Below are positions 24,750 to 37,477 of a stretch of 64,000 nt of DNA, one piece after another; positions within the stretch are counted from its first letter, which is position 1; every line of letters begins with the position of its first letter. Below the pieces are notes generated by a model. That model saw only the letters and a list, made by a program, of their open reading frames with translations. It was not told the origin of the DNA and ran no database searches. The stretch lies in assembly GCA_030390025.1 (NCBI GenBank), contig CM059432.1:33482001-33546000 (forward strand), in the 5' to 3' direction. The position numbers were made by a program, and so were the translations under genes. This DNA is from Squalus acanthias. Its lineage: Eukaryota.

Positions 24750-25360
24750 CTTAATAGGCTTAAAGAGCTGGGTCTATTTACTTTAGAGCAGTGGAGACTT
24801 AGAGGTGACCTGGTAGAGGTCTATAAGATAATTAAAGGGCTGGATAACGTGCCTATTGATAGATTATTTCAGTTTAACAGATTGGGAGGATCAGGGGACA
24901 TGACTTTAATGTAAGAGTAGGAAAAGACTGGATGTTTGGCGGTTCTTCTTTTCCCAGAGTCTAGTGAGCCTCTGGAATACATTGATGGATGGTGTGGTGG
25001 GTGCTGACTGCATGCCTTCAAGAGGGAGCTAGACCGACTTGTGGCTGGGGCAGAGATTGCATCATATAGAAGGTAAGTGGTTTTACAGATAGGGCATGGT
25101 CCATGTGATCTCCTGGACTGGTTATGATCACTGTGGGGGTGGGGGGGGGGGGGCATCGGAGAAAACATTTCCATGGTATTTTTTATCTTATTGGTCCTGG
25201 GTTTATCTCTGTTTGTCTCTCAGGAGATTATCTATGGGTGGGGGAGGGTGGGGGTAGGATGTGACTAGTCATGATGCTGCAGCCATCATGAGTTTGGGGC
25301 AGGCTTGTTGGACCAGCTGGTCTTTCCCTGCCCGTCAATTTTGTATGTCTGTATAATAGA
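24750..25360 (+). mobile_element. CR1 3' fragment with long 3'UTR
   Basis: LGLFTLEQWRLRGDLVEVYKII motif followed by a UTR homologous to the palindrome arm at 54520. Confidence 0.7.
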
Positions 25361-25414
25361 TCTCAATGCTGCTGACCCGCTTTCCCAATTCCTTCTGTCT
25401 CCAGGAGTGCATGT

Positions 25415-25830
25415 GATTGTCAGCTCAGTGAGAGCACTCTTTTCTGTGAGTCAGAAGGTTTATGGTTCAAGCTCCACTCCAGGATCTAAGCCAGGCTGAA
25501 ACTTCAGTGCAGTACTGAGGGAGTGCTGCATTGTTTGAGGTTAAACCGAAACCATGCCTGTTCTCGTCTAGATGTAAACGATCAAATGATGCTTTTTGAA
25601 GACGAGCTGGGGCATTCTACTGGTGTCCTGGCCAACATTTATTATTCAACCAGCATCACCAAAAACAGATTAACTGGTCATTAATCATATTGCTGTTTGT
25701 GGGACCTTACTATGTGCAGATTGGCTGCTGCATTTCCCTACATTACAACAGTGACTGCACTTCAAAAGTGCTTTGGGACGTCCTGAGGTTGTGAAAGGCA
25801 CTATATAAATGCAAGTTCTTTCTTTCTTTA
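25415..25830 (+). mobile_element. DeuSINE family A
   Basis: Head, Deu core and L2-like tail. Confidence 0.8.
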
Positions 25831-26120
25831 GTTACGGCCTGTGGCTGTAACAAAAAAGTGTCTCTAGGTGGCACTATCTGAGAATGAGTATGGAGATGTA
25901 GCTACACTACTTCCCATCGGCCTCTCCCTCTCTCTCCCTCTCCTGTACAGGCTCCCACAACCTGCTTATTGAAATATTACACATGGCACTTGTTAAAAAT
26001 TAACCCTTTCATGTCAATTTTGAAACTCTTACATGGTGCAAACTTGTTTCTGTATTTTTACATTGATATTGAATTTTCCATCTTAAATTAGTAGGAAAGA
26101 GCTTGTGTTAATATGGAGCC

Positions 26121-26742
26121 ATTCATGTCCTCAGGACATCCCAAAGCACTTTGAGCCAATTGAAGTGCAGTCACTTTTGCTTTGCTGCTAAATCCAGGAG
26201 TCAATTGGTGCACAGCAAGGTCTCACAAACAGCAGTGTGATGAGTGACCAATTCCTCTGTTTACGTGATGTTGGTTGAGGATTAAATGTTGGACAGGACA
26301 CCAGGAGAACTCTCTGCTCTTCTTCAATGTGCGGAGATGCCGGTGTTGGACTGGGGTGGACAAAATTGAGAGGTCGCACAACACCAGGTTATAGTCCAAC
26401 AGTTTTATTTGAAATCACAAGCTTTCGGAGCTGCTGCTCCTTCTACTTCACCCGACGAAGGAGTAGTAAGCTCCGAAAGCTTGTGATTTCAAATAAAACT
26501 GTTGGACTATAACCTGGTGTTGTGCGACCTCTCAATCTTCTTCAATGTGACATGGGATCTTTTACATCCACCTGGACAGGCAACCAAGGCCTCGGTTTAA
26601 TATCTCATCTGAAAGGCAACGCCTTCTGACAATGCAGCACTCCCTGAGTACTGCACTGAAGTGTCAGCGTAGATTATGTCCTCAAATCCTGGACAACGTA
26701 CAACCTTCTGTCTCAGAGTGCGACCACTGAACTAAGCTGAAA
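26121..26742 (-). mobile_element. DeuSINE family A, interrupted by a Penelope-like insertion
   Basis: Collinear SINE once 26332-26535 is removed. Confidence 0.8.
26332..26535. mobile_element. Penelope-like inverted terminal remnant with hammerhead-like core
   Basis: Perfect 68-bp inverted arms 26365-26432 and 26469-26536; CCGACGA-AGGAG..CTCC-GAAA core; 14-bp TSD TCTTCTTCAATGTG (26318-26331, 26536-26549). Confidence 0.75.
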
Positions 26743-27164
26743 CCTTAAAATTATTTTTACCAAGCCAGAGGGATTTTTTTCATGCTGGTTTCTCCCTTCT
26801 TCTCCTGAAGGCACTGACATTTGCTGGGATATTCTTCCATGAGCACCAGTCACCCTACATTGCCTTGCTCAAGTGACTGTCCTCCAATTGTGCACTTAGA
26901 TGATGAGTGTTGGCAGTGTGGCTGAGCCTGATCCTGCCCTCAATTCGATGTCCTCACACCTGTACTTTTCACCAGGAATCACTGAGCGGTGATCCAGAAT
27001 AAGAAATCAGGCTGATTCCTGCTCCCCTGCCTACCTAGAGGCACTCAGGCCCAGCTGAGTTTAGTTAGTTCAAAACACAGTGAGGATTGAACCTGGAGCC
27101 TTCCTAGTTTCTACAGTTCAGTATCACATAGGCAGTCTTTCGTTACCACTCTCAATTGAATGTC

Positions 27165-27555
27165 GGCTGTGGCTCAGTGGTAGCACTCTTGCATCTGAGT
27201 CAGAAGATCAATCATTTAAATCCCAATCCGGAGACTTGAGCACAAAATCTAGGCTGTCACTCCAGTGCAGTGCTGCCCTGTTGGAGATGCTGTCTTTCGG
27301 ATGAGACGTTAAACCTGCCCTCTTAGGTGGACTTAAAGGATCCAATGGCACTATTTCGAAGAAGAGCACTCCCTGGTGTCCTGGCCAATATTTATCACTC
27401 AACCAGTAGGAGCTTGCTGTATGCAAATTGGCTGCCGGGTTTCCGACATTACAGGGTGACTGCACTTCAAAAGTACTTCATTGGTTGTAAAGCGCTTTGT
27501 GAATGTCTTGAGGTTGTGAAAGACACTAAATCAATACAGGTCTTTCTTTTTCTCA
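27165..27555 (+). mobile_element. DeuSINE family A
   Basis: GTGGCTCAGTGGTAGCACTCTTGC head, Deu core, tail. Confidence 0.82.
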
Positions 27556-28594
27556 ATCCCCCTCCTGAATTCAGGATAGTAAAGGGGGCAAACTTTAAAC
27601 CCACCATTCCAGTGGGAGAGTCCATGCTATTGTTTAACCTGTGCAACTGTGCCCCTATCGGAATAGTAGACTGCCATTGGCCGCAGTTGAGAGCCCTGTG
27701 CTATGGTATTCAATGTTGATGCTTGAGTTCAAAGGGCACAACATTTATTAGGTTGAATAAATAACAGGTGCAAACAGAAGGAGAGATGGATAGAGCGGCT
27801 GTGTAGTAAAAAAGGCTGATGCTGAAACATGGCTACCCTTGGTAAAGCCTCAAACTGAACCCATTCTGAGTTAAATGATGATTACTGCGCTTAAACCATA
27901 CCCCCTGCCCGCCTGCGTTACTCAGTGCGAGACTGGAATGCTTTACCACCACACGTTGTTCTGTCTAACAATTCCACTCAGACCGTCTGGTCAGGAAACA
28001 AATGCTCTCATGTTTGTGCTAACAGGCCACCCAGAGACTCTGTTAAAACATCATCAAGCAAGTCTTTAAACAGTTGTCAAAGCTGCAATGTCAGAGAGGG
28101 CCCGAGGGACGAATGCTCACATTTATCAGACTTTGAATTTAGACAAAATCAGAACGCAAGAAAGCATGAAATGACAAAAGGCCATTCAGCCCATCAGGCC
28201 CACTCCTACTATAGACTAATTCCAATCTACCCCATCATGGACTCTATCCCACCCACTTCATGCTCTTCCACAAACCCTGTGCATTCTACCCTAGAATGGA
28301 CTCTGCCCACCCATTTAATTTCCTTCCACAGACCCTGGACAATCTATCCTATCATGGAATCTACCCACCCATATAATTTGATTCCACAGACACTGGACAA
28401 TCTACCCTACCCATTTAATCTGAAGGAAATGTTCAACATAAATGCTCACAAAATGCCAAATACCATCAACCAAAAGTCTAGAATATTCAGCCATCCTCAT
28501 ACCTTCAGCCCTGATACGCTGCCCACTCGACAACATCCTCCTCCCCTCACAACTCGAGAACCATTGTACATTATGGTAATTTTAAAGTAAACAA

Positions 28595-29312
28595 AGTAAA
28601 CTAAATGATACAATTTTAAAGGGAGTGCAGGAACAGAGAGACCTGGGGCTTTACGTACACAAATCTTTGAAGGTGGCAGGATGTTGATAAGGCTGCTAAA
28701 AAAGCATACTTGATCCTGGACCTTATAAATAGAGGCATAGAGTACAAAAGGAAGTTATGTTAAACCTTCATAAATCACTGATTAGGCCTCAGTTGGTGTA
28801 TTGTGTCCAATTCTAGGCACCACACTTTAGAGAGGATGTAGAGGCCTTAGAGAGGGTAGAGAAGAAGTTCTTTTAGATTTACTGGAATGATACCAAGGAT
28901 GAGGGACTTCAATTATGTGGAAAGACGAGAGAAGGTGGGATTGTTCTCCTTAGAGCAGATTTAATACAGGTGTTCAAAATTATGAAGGGTTTTGATAGAG
29001 TGAATAAAGAGTAACTGTTTCTACTGGCAGGAGGGTCAGATACCAAAGGACACAGAATTAAGGTAATTGGCAAAATAACCAGAGGGGAGATGATGAGAAA
29101 TAATTTTATGCAGCGAGTTGTTATGATCTGCCTGAAAGGGTGGTGGAAGCAGATTCAATAGTAACTTTCAAAAGGGAATTGGATAAATACTTGAAAAGGA
29201 AAAATTTGCAGGTCTCTTGGGAAAGAGCAGGGGAGTTGGACTAATTGGATAGCTCTCTCAAAGATCGCACAATGGGCCAAGTGGCCTCCTTCTGTGCTGT
29301 ATGATTCTATGA
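28595..29312 (+). mobile_element. CR1 3' fragment
   Basis: ORF2 C-terminal motifs; (TGATTCTA) tail. Confidence 0.85.
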
Positions 29313-29844
29313 TTAAGGCCATTCTACCCATCAAGCTCATCTGTAAACTGCTTTAGCTCGCCCAACCTCGCAGTCGTGCTCTAATTCACCCAAGCATACT
29401 CTAGTGCACTAACTCACCCAACCATCCTCGAGACTCTAAAACATTTTGGGACGTCCTGAGGTCATGAAAGGTGCTATATAAATGCAAGCTGTTTTGCAAA
29501 ACCCTTAAGAGTATCGAGAAATTGAACCCTGTGAAGCTGTTTAACACATTTCCAGAGAATGATAATGAGGGGGCAAAGGGTGAAGGTCGAAAGAAGGAAG
29601 ATGAATGGACGTAACTACTTCACACAGTGGATGTGAATCAAGGCTGATAACATCAGAACTTTTAAGAGGGAGTTGAACAGATATTTGGTGAGAAAGCCAA
29701 CCGAGGGTAGAGGTAACGAACTGCGTGTTCTGCTTTGAACTGTGACGTTGGCCAGATAATCTAAAATGGTGCTCTCCAGCCTTGTAGATTCCTGTGTCTT
29801 TTCCTTTTTCGCTTTTCTCCTTTACATCTTAATGTACCGACTCC

Positions 29845-30568
29845 TTTCTTGAACCAGCAGGTATGTGCTTTTACAGCACTGTTTGTGGGCCAAGAGGAGC
29901 AGGAGTGCTTCCTCCGGGCCCAACAAGCTTACCTGTAAATACCCCCCCCCCCCCCCCCCCCCCGCCACAACCACCTGCATGATCTCTCCCCGAAAGCCCC
30001 CCATCACCAACCAGCCCCCATCACCGACCCCTGATCTCCGCACGGTCTCCGACTCTCCCCACCCCATTTTTCCCCCAATCTCTGTTCCCCCTCCGATCTC
30101 TCATCAACCCCCCCCCCGATCTCCAACCCCTCTGATCTCCGACCACCCTCCAATCTCTCCCCGACCCCCCCCGATCTCTGACCCCTCTCCGAACATCCCT
30201 GACTCCCCTGATCTCCGATCCCCCTCCAATCTCTCCCTGAAACCCCCGACCTCTGATCCCCCATGATCACCCTTGACCCCCTGATCTCCGAACCCCCCAC
30301 GATCTCTCCCCGACCCCGTCCCGAGCTACAATCCTCCCGCGATTATTGCTGACAGCCCCAACCCGCTCTATCCACCTTCCAGGATCACTACCCCAACAAC
30401 TAAGAAACTAACCTGATCCTTGGCTGCGGCCTTTCCTGGAGCATGCCCTGCCCAACAGGCTGGCTGCTAGGCGGGGAATCGGTTTAAAAAAACACGCCCA
30501 CGGCGTTCGGGGCCCGAACATAACTCCTCCCCCCACTCCAAAACCCCGCCCCGGTAATTGTTGGGGCC
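29845..30568 (-). mobile_element. Harbinger-type MITE (one end lost) with internal CCCGATCTC low-complexity tract
   Basis: Homologous in reverse to 38557-40295 on both sides of the tract; end TGTTGGGGCC followed by TAT GAGT of a SINE. Confidence 0.65.
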
Positions 30569-30762
30569 TATGAGTTCAAATCCCACCATGGCAAGTTGTG
30601 AAATTTAATTCAATAAATCTGGTAATTTGTGGCTAGCACCAGAAAAAGACCGTGAAATCTACCAGATTGTTGTATAAACCCAACTGGTTCACTAATGACC
30701 TTCAGGGAAGGGAACCTGCCATCCTTTCATAGTCTGGCCTACATGTGACTCCAGTCCCACAC
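30569..30762 (+). mobile_element. SINE family B, partial
   Basis: GAGTTCAAATCCCACCATGG.. body. Confidence 0.7.
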
Positions 30763-31059
30763 TATCTCAGGGGACCACTGTAACTTTGGCAGGAGATTGG
30801 CGGTTTATCTGGGATTTCTGCTAAAATTATGGCGGCCAACCAGGGGAAGCTGTAAGGAAATTGTGTGTGTGAGGAAAGCATGGGTGGTTGACTTTTAATT
30901 CCCTCAGGGTAACTGGGGGCAGACAATAAATACGACGTTGCCCAAATCCCAAGATCAAATTTGTTTTGCTTCACTGGGTTATTAACATTTTGGCTTCATG
31001 TTTTTACTCAGGGAAAAGATGAACCCTAAAAAAAACAAACAACAACTCTCAGACAAGAA

Positions 31060-32365
31060 GACTGTCAACATTACACAGCTTCTATTCACATCCTTTGTGA
31101 CTGTGACAAAGGTAAATTATCCCTCCGCATCCTTCTTGACTTGTCTGCAGCCTTTGACACGGTTGACCACTCCATCCTTCTCCAACACCTCTCCACCGTC
31201 GTCCAGCTGGGTGGGACTGCACTCGCCTGGTTCCATTCTTACCTAATCGTAGCCAGAGAATCACCTGCAATGGCTTCTCTTCCCGCTCCCGCATCGTTAC
31301 CTTTGATGTCCCGCAAGGATCTATCCTTGGCCCCCTCCCATTTCTCATCTACATGCTGTCCCTGGGCGACATCATCCGAAAACACAGTGTCGGTTTACAT
31401 ATGTACGCTGACGACACCCAGCTCTACCTCACCACCACTTCTCTCGACCCCTTCACGGTGTCTAAATTGTCAGACTGCTTGTCTGACATCCAGTTCTGGA
31501 TGAGCCGAAATTTTCTCCAATTAAATATTGGGAAGACCGAAGCCATTATTTTCAGTCCACGCCACAAACTCCGTTCCCTAGCCACTGACTCCATCCCTCT
31601 CCCTAACATCTGTTTGAGGCTGAACCACAATGTTCGCAACCTTGGTGTCATATTTGACCCTGAAATGAGCTTCCGACTACATATCCGCGGCATAATTAAG
31701 AACGCCTATTTCCACCTCCGTAACATCACCCGTGTCTGCCCTTGCCTCAGCTCATCCGCTTCTGAAACACTCATCCATGCCATTGTTACCTCTAGACTTG
31801 ACTATTCCAACGCACTCCTGGCTGGCCTCCCACGTTCTACCCTCCGTAAACTTGAGGTCATTCAAAACTCGGCTGCCCATGTCCTAACTTGCACCAAGTC
31901 CGATTCACCCATCACCCCTGTGCTCGCTGACCTACATTGGCTCCCAGTTAAGCAACGCCTCGATATCAAAACTCTCATCCTTGTTTTCAATTCCCTCCAT
32001 GGCCTCGCCCCGCCCTATCTCTATAAACTCCTCCAGCCCCACAATCCCCCCGGAGGTATCTGCGCTCCTCTATTCTGCCCTCTTGAGCATCCTTGATTAT
32101 AATCATTCAACCATTGGGGGCTGTGCCTTCTGTTGCCTAGGCCTTAAGCTCCTTGCCTAAACCTGTCCGCCTCTCTACCTCTCTTTCCTCCTTTAAGACG
32201 CTCCTTAAAACCTACCTCTTTGACCAAGCTTTTGGTTATCTGCCCTAATTTCTCCTTATGTGGCTCAGAGTCTATATTTTTGTCTTATAATACACCTGTG
32301 AAGTGCCTTGGGATATTTTACTACATTAAAGGTGTTATATAAATACAAGTTGTTGTTGTTGTTGT
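31060..32365 (+). mobile_element. L2 LINE, 5'-truncated
   Basis: [45 protein letters not shown] motifs; tail ..TATATAAATACAAG(TTG)n. Confidence 0.92.
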
Positions 32366-32551
32366 TCATGGGTACAGTAGTGTAATGGTTATGGTACTGG
32401 CTGTGAGTTCAAATCCCACCGTGGCCAGTAACGCAATTGAATTTCATAAATCTAGTATCTTGTGGGTTAAAAGTGATAATAGCCCAACTGGTTAATTAAA
32501 GTCCTTCAGTGAAGGCTACCTGGTCTACACAGGACTCCAATCTCACACTGT

Positions 32552-33770
32552 GGCCGCGATTTTCTCAGTGGCATCGGGATGGTGGCGGGAGAGCTGGTTT
32601 CTGGGTTCCGGTCCCGATCCCGGCTGCAGCCGCTCTGTCAAAAGGATTTTCCTTTGATTGGCCTTGTTAAGCCCGCCCTGCGTCATCAGCCAGTTTCCTT
32701 AAAGGGACCACGGCCACATTGAGTTTGATGGTTGATCTGTCAGTGTTTGACAGCATTGAGGTGCTGCAAATACTGACAAGCATGGCACAAAGTTGGACGC
32801 TTGAACCCAGGCTCTCCAATGATTCTCTCCATATCCCTCCAGCCTGGTTGCACATTGCACAGGAGGGCAAAAGCAGGGATGTCGTCTGGGGTCCCTGGCT
32901 GCAGTGGTGCCAACCTTTCAATGATCTCAGTGGATCACAAAATGTTACTGCAAAGCCACACTCAAACTCACCCTGCTGTGCCACTCATCACATCCCCATC
33001 ACTCTGCCTTCCATACCCTTCTCCTGCACATCCTTACTCACACCAACTTAACTTGCACCGCCACCCAACCCTCTCTATCTACATTATCACTTCCCCATCT
33101 CACTAGCCACCCCTCACATTCACCCTCATCGTACTGCAAGCATACCAACTAACAACACACAAGGGTAGGCTCTTGAGATGTTTAGTCAATGTCTATGTGA
33201 AGTTTCTGGTAATGTGTTGTCATACAGTGAAATCTATATTTTCAACACTGCCCCTTATTGGACAGATCTGTGCGCACCTTGAGAAATGTCTTACTGAGTT
33301 CCAGTGAATGTTGAGACATAACTCCGTGCCCCCTCCCCCACCCCCGCTATAGTGATGTGTGTGCATGGAATAGCTTGGACATTAAAGGGATGCTTTATGG
33401 TGCTGATGTGGGATAGTGTTAACCTGGTGCATTATGTGGCAGCCAGGGTTTGCAGCATCAAGTGAAATAAATCTGGCCATGGTGATGCCATCGCTGGCCT
33501 ACCAGGCAGCAATGTTGTCAGGGGCTGATGCCCTGTGTCCTGTGCAGCATCAGGTGATGGCGGAGAAGGCTGGTGATGTTGTTGGTGATGTTGGTGTGCC
33601 TGGTGATAGTGGTGTTGGGGCTGATCATGGAAGGATTCAGAGGACCAAGGTCTGAGTTTTTCAAGGGCTGAACTAGATGGCAGCTGCAGATGAGATGACA
33701 GAAGCGATTTGTCAATGGTGAGAGAGGTTGTTCCAATGAGGTGGCACTGGACATACAGTTGCCTCTAAAC
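32552..33770 (+). mobile_element. PIF/Harbinger transposon relic with degenerate Myb/SANT-like gene
   Basis: Left TIR-like GGCCGCGATTTTC; 32782-32940 reads MAQ..EPRLSNDSL..AWLHIAQE..WLQWCQPFNDL; right end not found. Confidence 0.7.
32782..32945 (+). pseudogene. Myb/SANT-like (trihelix) DNA-binding protein relic of a Harbinger element
   Basis: Spacing fits the family pattern RAPRFS..L..AW..IA..V..RT..QC.K.FNDL; internally deleted. Confidence 0.65.
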
Positions 33771-33824
33771 ACTTGCAAGCTAAAGAAATCTCTATATGTA
33801 TTACAAATGCAGTAACCAACAGTT

Positions 33825-34322
33825 TCTGCGCTCTGATCTACATTGGCTCCCAGTTAAGCAACGCCTCGATTTCAAAATTCTCATCCTTGTTTTCAAATCC
33901 CTCCATGGCCTCGCCCCTCCCTATCTTTGTAATCTCCTCCGACCCCACAACCCCCCGAGATATCTGTGCTCCTCTAATTCTGCCCTCTTGAGCATCCCTG
34001 ATTATAATCGCTCAAACAGTGGTGGCCGTGCCTTCTGTTGCCAAGGCCCTGAGCTCTGGACCTAAGCGTAAGCCTAAACCTCTCCGCCTCTCTACCTCTC
34101 TTTCCTCCTTTATATATATGCACAGGACACAAGCCCCTGACAACATTGCTGCCTGGTAGGTCAACGATGGCATCACCATGGCCAGATTTATTTCACTTGA
34201 TGCTACCCTAATTTCTCCTTATGAGGCTTGGTGTCAAATTTTTGTCTTAAAATACTCCTGCGAAGTGCCTTGGGACATTTTATTACGCTAAATGTGCTAT
34301 ATAAATACAAGTTGTTGTTGTT
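33825..34322 (+). mobile_element. L2 LINE 3' fragment containing a templated inverted insertion
   Basis: DLHWLPVKQRLDFKIL..; (TTG)n tail; 34119-34204 is foreign. Confidence 0.88.
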
Positions 34323-34432
34323 ATACACCTCGGCTGACTTCAATGGAAAGTAGAATCAAGCAGGGTGTATAATGGCTGGCTAATTCGATATTGTCCGTTT
34401 TACCCCATTGCCCACAGTTATCATTATCCCCC

Positions 34433-34672
34433 GTGAGTTCAAATCCCACCATAGCAGTGTGCAAATTTGAATTCAGTTTTAAAAATCTGGAAGTAAAAAG
34501 CTGCTATCAGTAAAAGGGACCATGAAGCTGTCAGATTGTCATAAAAACCCAACTGGTTCACTCGTGTCTTATGGGGAAGGAAACCTACCGTCCTTACCCG
34601 GTCTGGTCTCACGTGTTTGACTCTTAACTGCCTTCTGAAGTGGCCTCGCAAGGCACTCAGTTGTATCAAACT
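34433..34672 (+). mobile_element. SINE family B, partial
   Basis: Similar to 7195-7435. Confidence 0.72.
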
Positions 34673-34774
34673 TTTCTCACATAATTTCAGCCCTGCGTAT
34701 GGCCAGGAATTAGGTAAGTATTCAAGAAGAAGAATGTGAAAGGATACAAGGATACAGGGAAATAGAATTTGAGT

Positions 34775-35190
34775 AATCAAGTCCCACTCTAGAGACTTGA
34801 GCACAAAAACAAATCTAGGCTGACACTCCAGTACAGTACTGAGGGAGTGCTGCACTATCAGAGTGCCGTCTTTCGGATGAGGCGTTAAACGTCTACTCTC
34901 TCGAGTGGGTGTAAAAGATCCCATGGCACTATTTCAAAGAAGAGCAGGGGGGTTCTCCCCGGTATCCTGGCCAATATTTATCCCTCAATCAACATAACAA
35001 AAAACAGATTATCTGGTCATTATCACATTGCTGTTTGTGGGAGCTTGCTGTGCGCGATTGGCTGCCGCGTTTCCTACATTACAACAGTGGACTACACTTC
35101 AAAAAGTACTTCATTGGCTGTAAAGCGTTTTAAGATGTCCTGAGGCCGTGAAAGGCCCTATATAAATGCAAGTCTTTTTTCTTTCTTTTT
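34775..35190 (+). mobile_element. DeuSINE family A (well preserved)
   Basis: GGGAGTGCTGCACT..GTGCCGTCTTTCGGATGAG..AAAGATCCCATGGCACT..GTCCTGGCCAA Deu-like core; L2-like tail. Confidence 0.85.
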
Positions 35191-36242
35191 AGACAGCTCC
35201 CAGCTGAATAGCCTCCTTCTGTGCTGCGAATTTTTAAGTCTTACAATGAAACAGGCCCAAACAGGAACTTACATTTTTATTTTCTTACCCAAGTACATAC
35301 AAATCTCTTACTCTTTAGAAACAAGCCATACATCATTCTCGGCTCAGCACAATGTGAAATCTTCCAGCCCATTCTCCCAGCTATCGAATTTTTACTGGGT
35401 TTTGCTTTTTTGTTTCAATTCTTTAGAAGATTAAATTGTAAATTATTTTGTTCTATCAAAAATTTCCGGTACATGCAGATTTATTTTTCCGGCCTAGTGA
35501 GCTTTTCAAATTACATACATATATATATATAATTTATTTTATTACAGGAAGTAGCATATTGTAGTAATAAGCTCAATATTATAGAGACAGCCCAACAAAT
35601 CAGTCAGTGCAAAGCGCACGGGATTAAACCCTGACATTCCCTATATGTCTGGGACTGTACTGCTTGTCTGTGTCAAGTCCTGCGTGTGTGCACTAGACAC
35701 TCTGGGTGGAAGGTAACAAATGATTCCCATCTGTTAGTGGTTGGCCCATGTGAGTCCCGGTGGCAGCTCCTGCACATGTGCGCGCTGGGAAGTGGGTGGG
35801 TTTAATTTATAATGCTGATATGTGAGAGCCAGGGCAAGCCGCGTCAGTCACCGAGGAGTTGGTATTCAATTGTTAAACACAGCAGTACTCCTAACGCAGA
35901 GCTGTTCCTCAGTGTGAGTCCCGTGGCCTCCATTCATGGCTGTTGGATGCTGACTAAGGCTGGATTCCTTCCCCATCGCTGTCTAGTGACAGAAAACAAA
36001 TAAATGCTTTTAAACACGGAGGGCCTTCCCAACAGAGCAAGTGAAAGGGCTCTGTGATACCCCCCAGGTTCGATCCCCGGCCTACACTGAGTTCGCTGAG
36101 CTGATGGCAGGGAGGCTGCAATTGGCCTTCTCACCCCCGGGTTAGGTAGGGACAAATTGAGTGTGATCGCTAATCCTCACTCCCGATCACCATCCTTGTA
36201 TCCTGTCCAACTTTTCGGCCTCAACCAATACCTGCGGTTGTG

Positions 36243-36672
36243 AAAGAAAGAAGTTGCATTTATATAGCGCCTTTCATGACCTCAAGACGACCCAAAGTGC
36301 TTTACAGCAAATGAAGTACTTTTGAAGCATAGCCACTGTTGTAATATAGGGAATGCAATTTTGTGCACAGCAAGGTCCCAATGTGATAATCTGTTTTAGT
36401 GATGTTGGTTAAGGGATAATTATTGGCTAGGACACTGGGAGAAAACTCCTGCTCTTCTTTGAAATAGTCCCATGGGATCTTTTACATCCACCTGTGAGGG
36501 CAGACAGGGCTGCAGTTTCATCCAAAAGACAACACCTCCAACAGTGCAGCACTCCACCAGTACTGCACTGGAGTGTCAGCCTAGATTATGTGCTCAAGGC
36601 TCTGGAGTGGGACTTGAACCCACAACCTTCTGACTCAGCGGCGAGCCTGATAACACTCAGCCACGGCAGACA
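36243..36672 (-). mobile_element. DeuSINE family A
   Basis: Full reverse-complement copy. Confidence 0.83.
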
Positions 36673-36949
36673 CAGTGAAAGGTGCTATATCAATGCAAGT
36701 TGTTGCTTTCTTTCTGCAATAAGTAAAAAATACGTGACAGACGCAACTTGCAGCCACCTTTATCTTTTAGGCCAAGTTGGTGTGTCAGATCTAAAGCTCG
36801 CGGATAAAAATCTCCGTGACTTGCCTGATTGTCCTCCCTCAACCAACTCCGTCAGAAGCAGATGCACCTTGATTCTATTTGTGGGAAACTGCTGTGCAGA
36901 AAATGGCTGCCTACATAGCTGTCAGTGCACTTCAAAGTAGTTTATTTTT

Positions 36950-37395
36950 AAAAATTATTTCTCAGGATGTTGTCATCATTGGCATTTATTACCCATCCCT
37001 AGTTGCCCAGATAAAGTGGTGGTGGGCCTTCTTCTTGAACCGCTGGTAGCGGTTTAATACAACTGAGTGGCTTGCTCGGCCACTTTAGAGGGCAATTAAG
37101 CGTCAACCACATTGGCGTGAGACTGGAGTCACATATAGGCCAGACAGGGTAAGGACGGCAGGTTTTCTTCCCTAAAGAACATTAGTGAACCAGTTGGGTT
37201 ATTACAACAATCAGACAGCTTCATGCTCACCTTTACTGAATTCAGTTTTTTATTTCCAGATTTAAAAAAAACTGAATTCAAATTCTCAAACTAAATTTAA
37301 ATCAAACAGGATTTGAATTCTGAATCTCCTGGATTATTAGTCCTGGTCTCTGAATTACTAACCCAGTAACATAACCACAACAATGCCATACCCTA
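36950..37395 (-). mobile_element. SINE family B
   Basis: Reverse complement of the 7127-7582 type. Confidence 0.78.
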
Positions 37396-37477
37396 CTTAC
37401 TGCCAGTGAAGCAGTTTGAGGTGGCTTTGAGAAATGTGATAAGGTAAATATAGAAAGTCTTTCCTTTCTCACACCTC

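Noticed and set aside
27165..27240. tRNA gene
   Set aside because: tRNA-derived SINE head continuing into the Deu core; no complete cloverleaf
27925..28590. 221-aa ORF
   Set aside because: No ATG start, no recognisable domain, and it runs through degenerate short repeats
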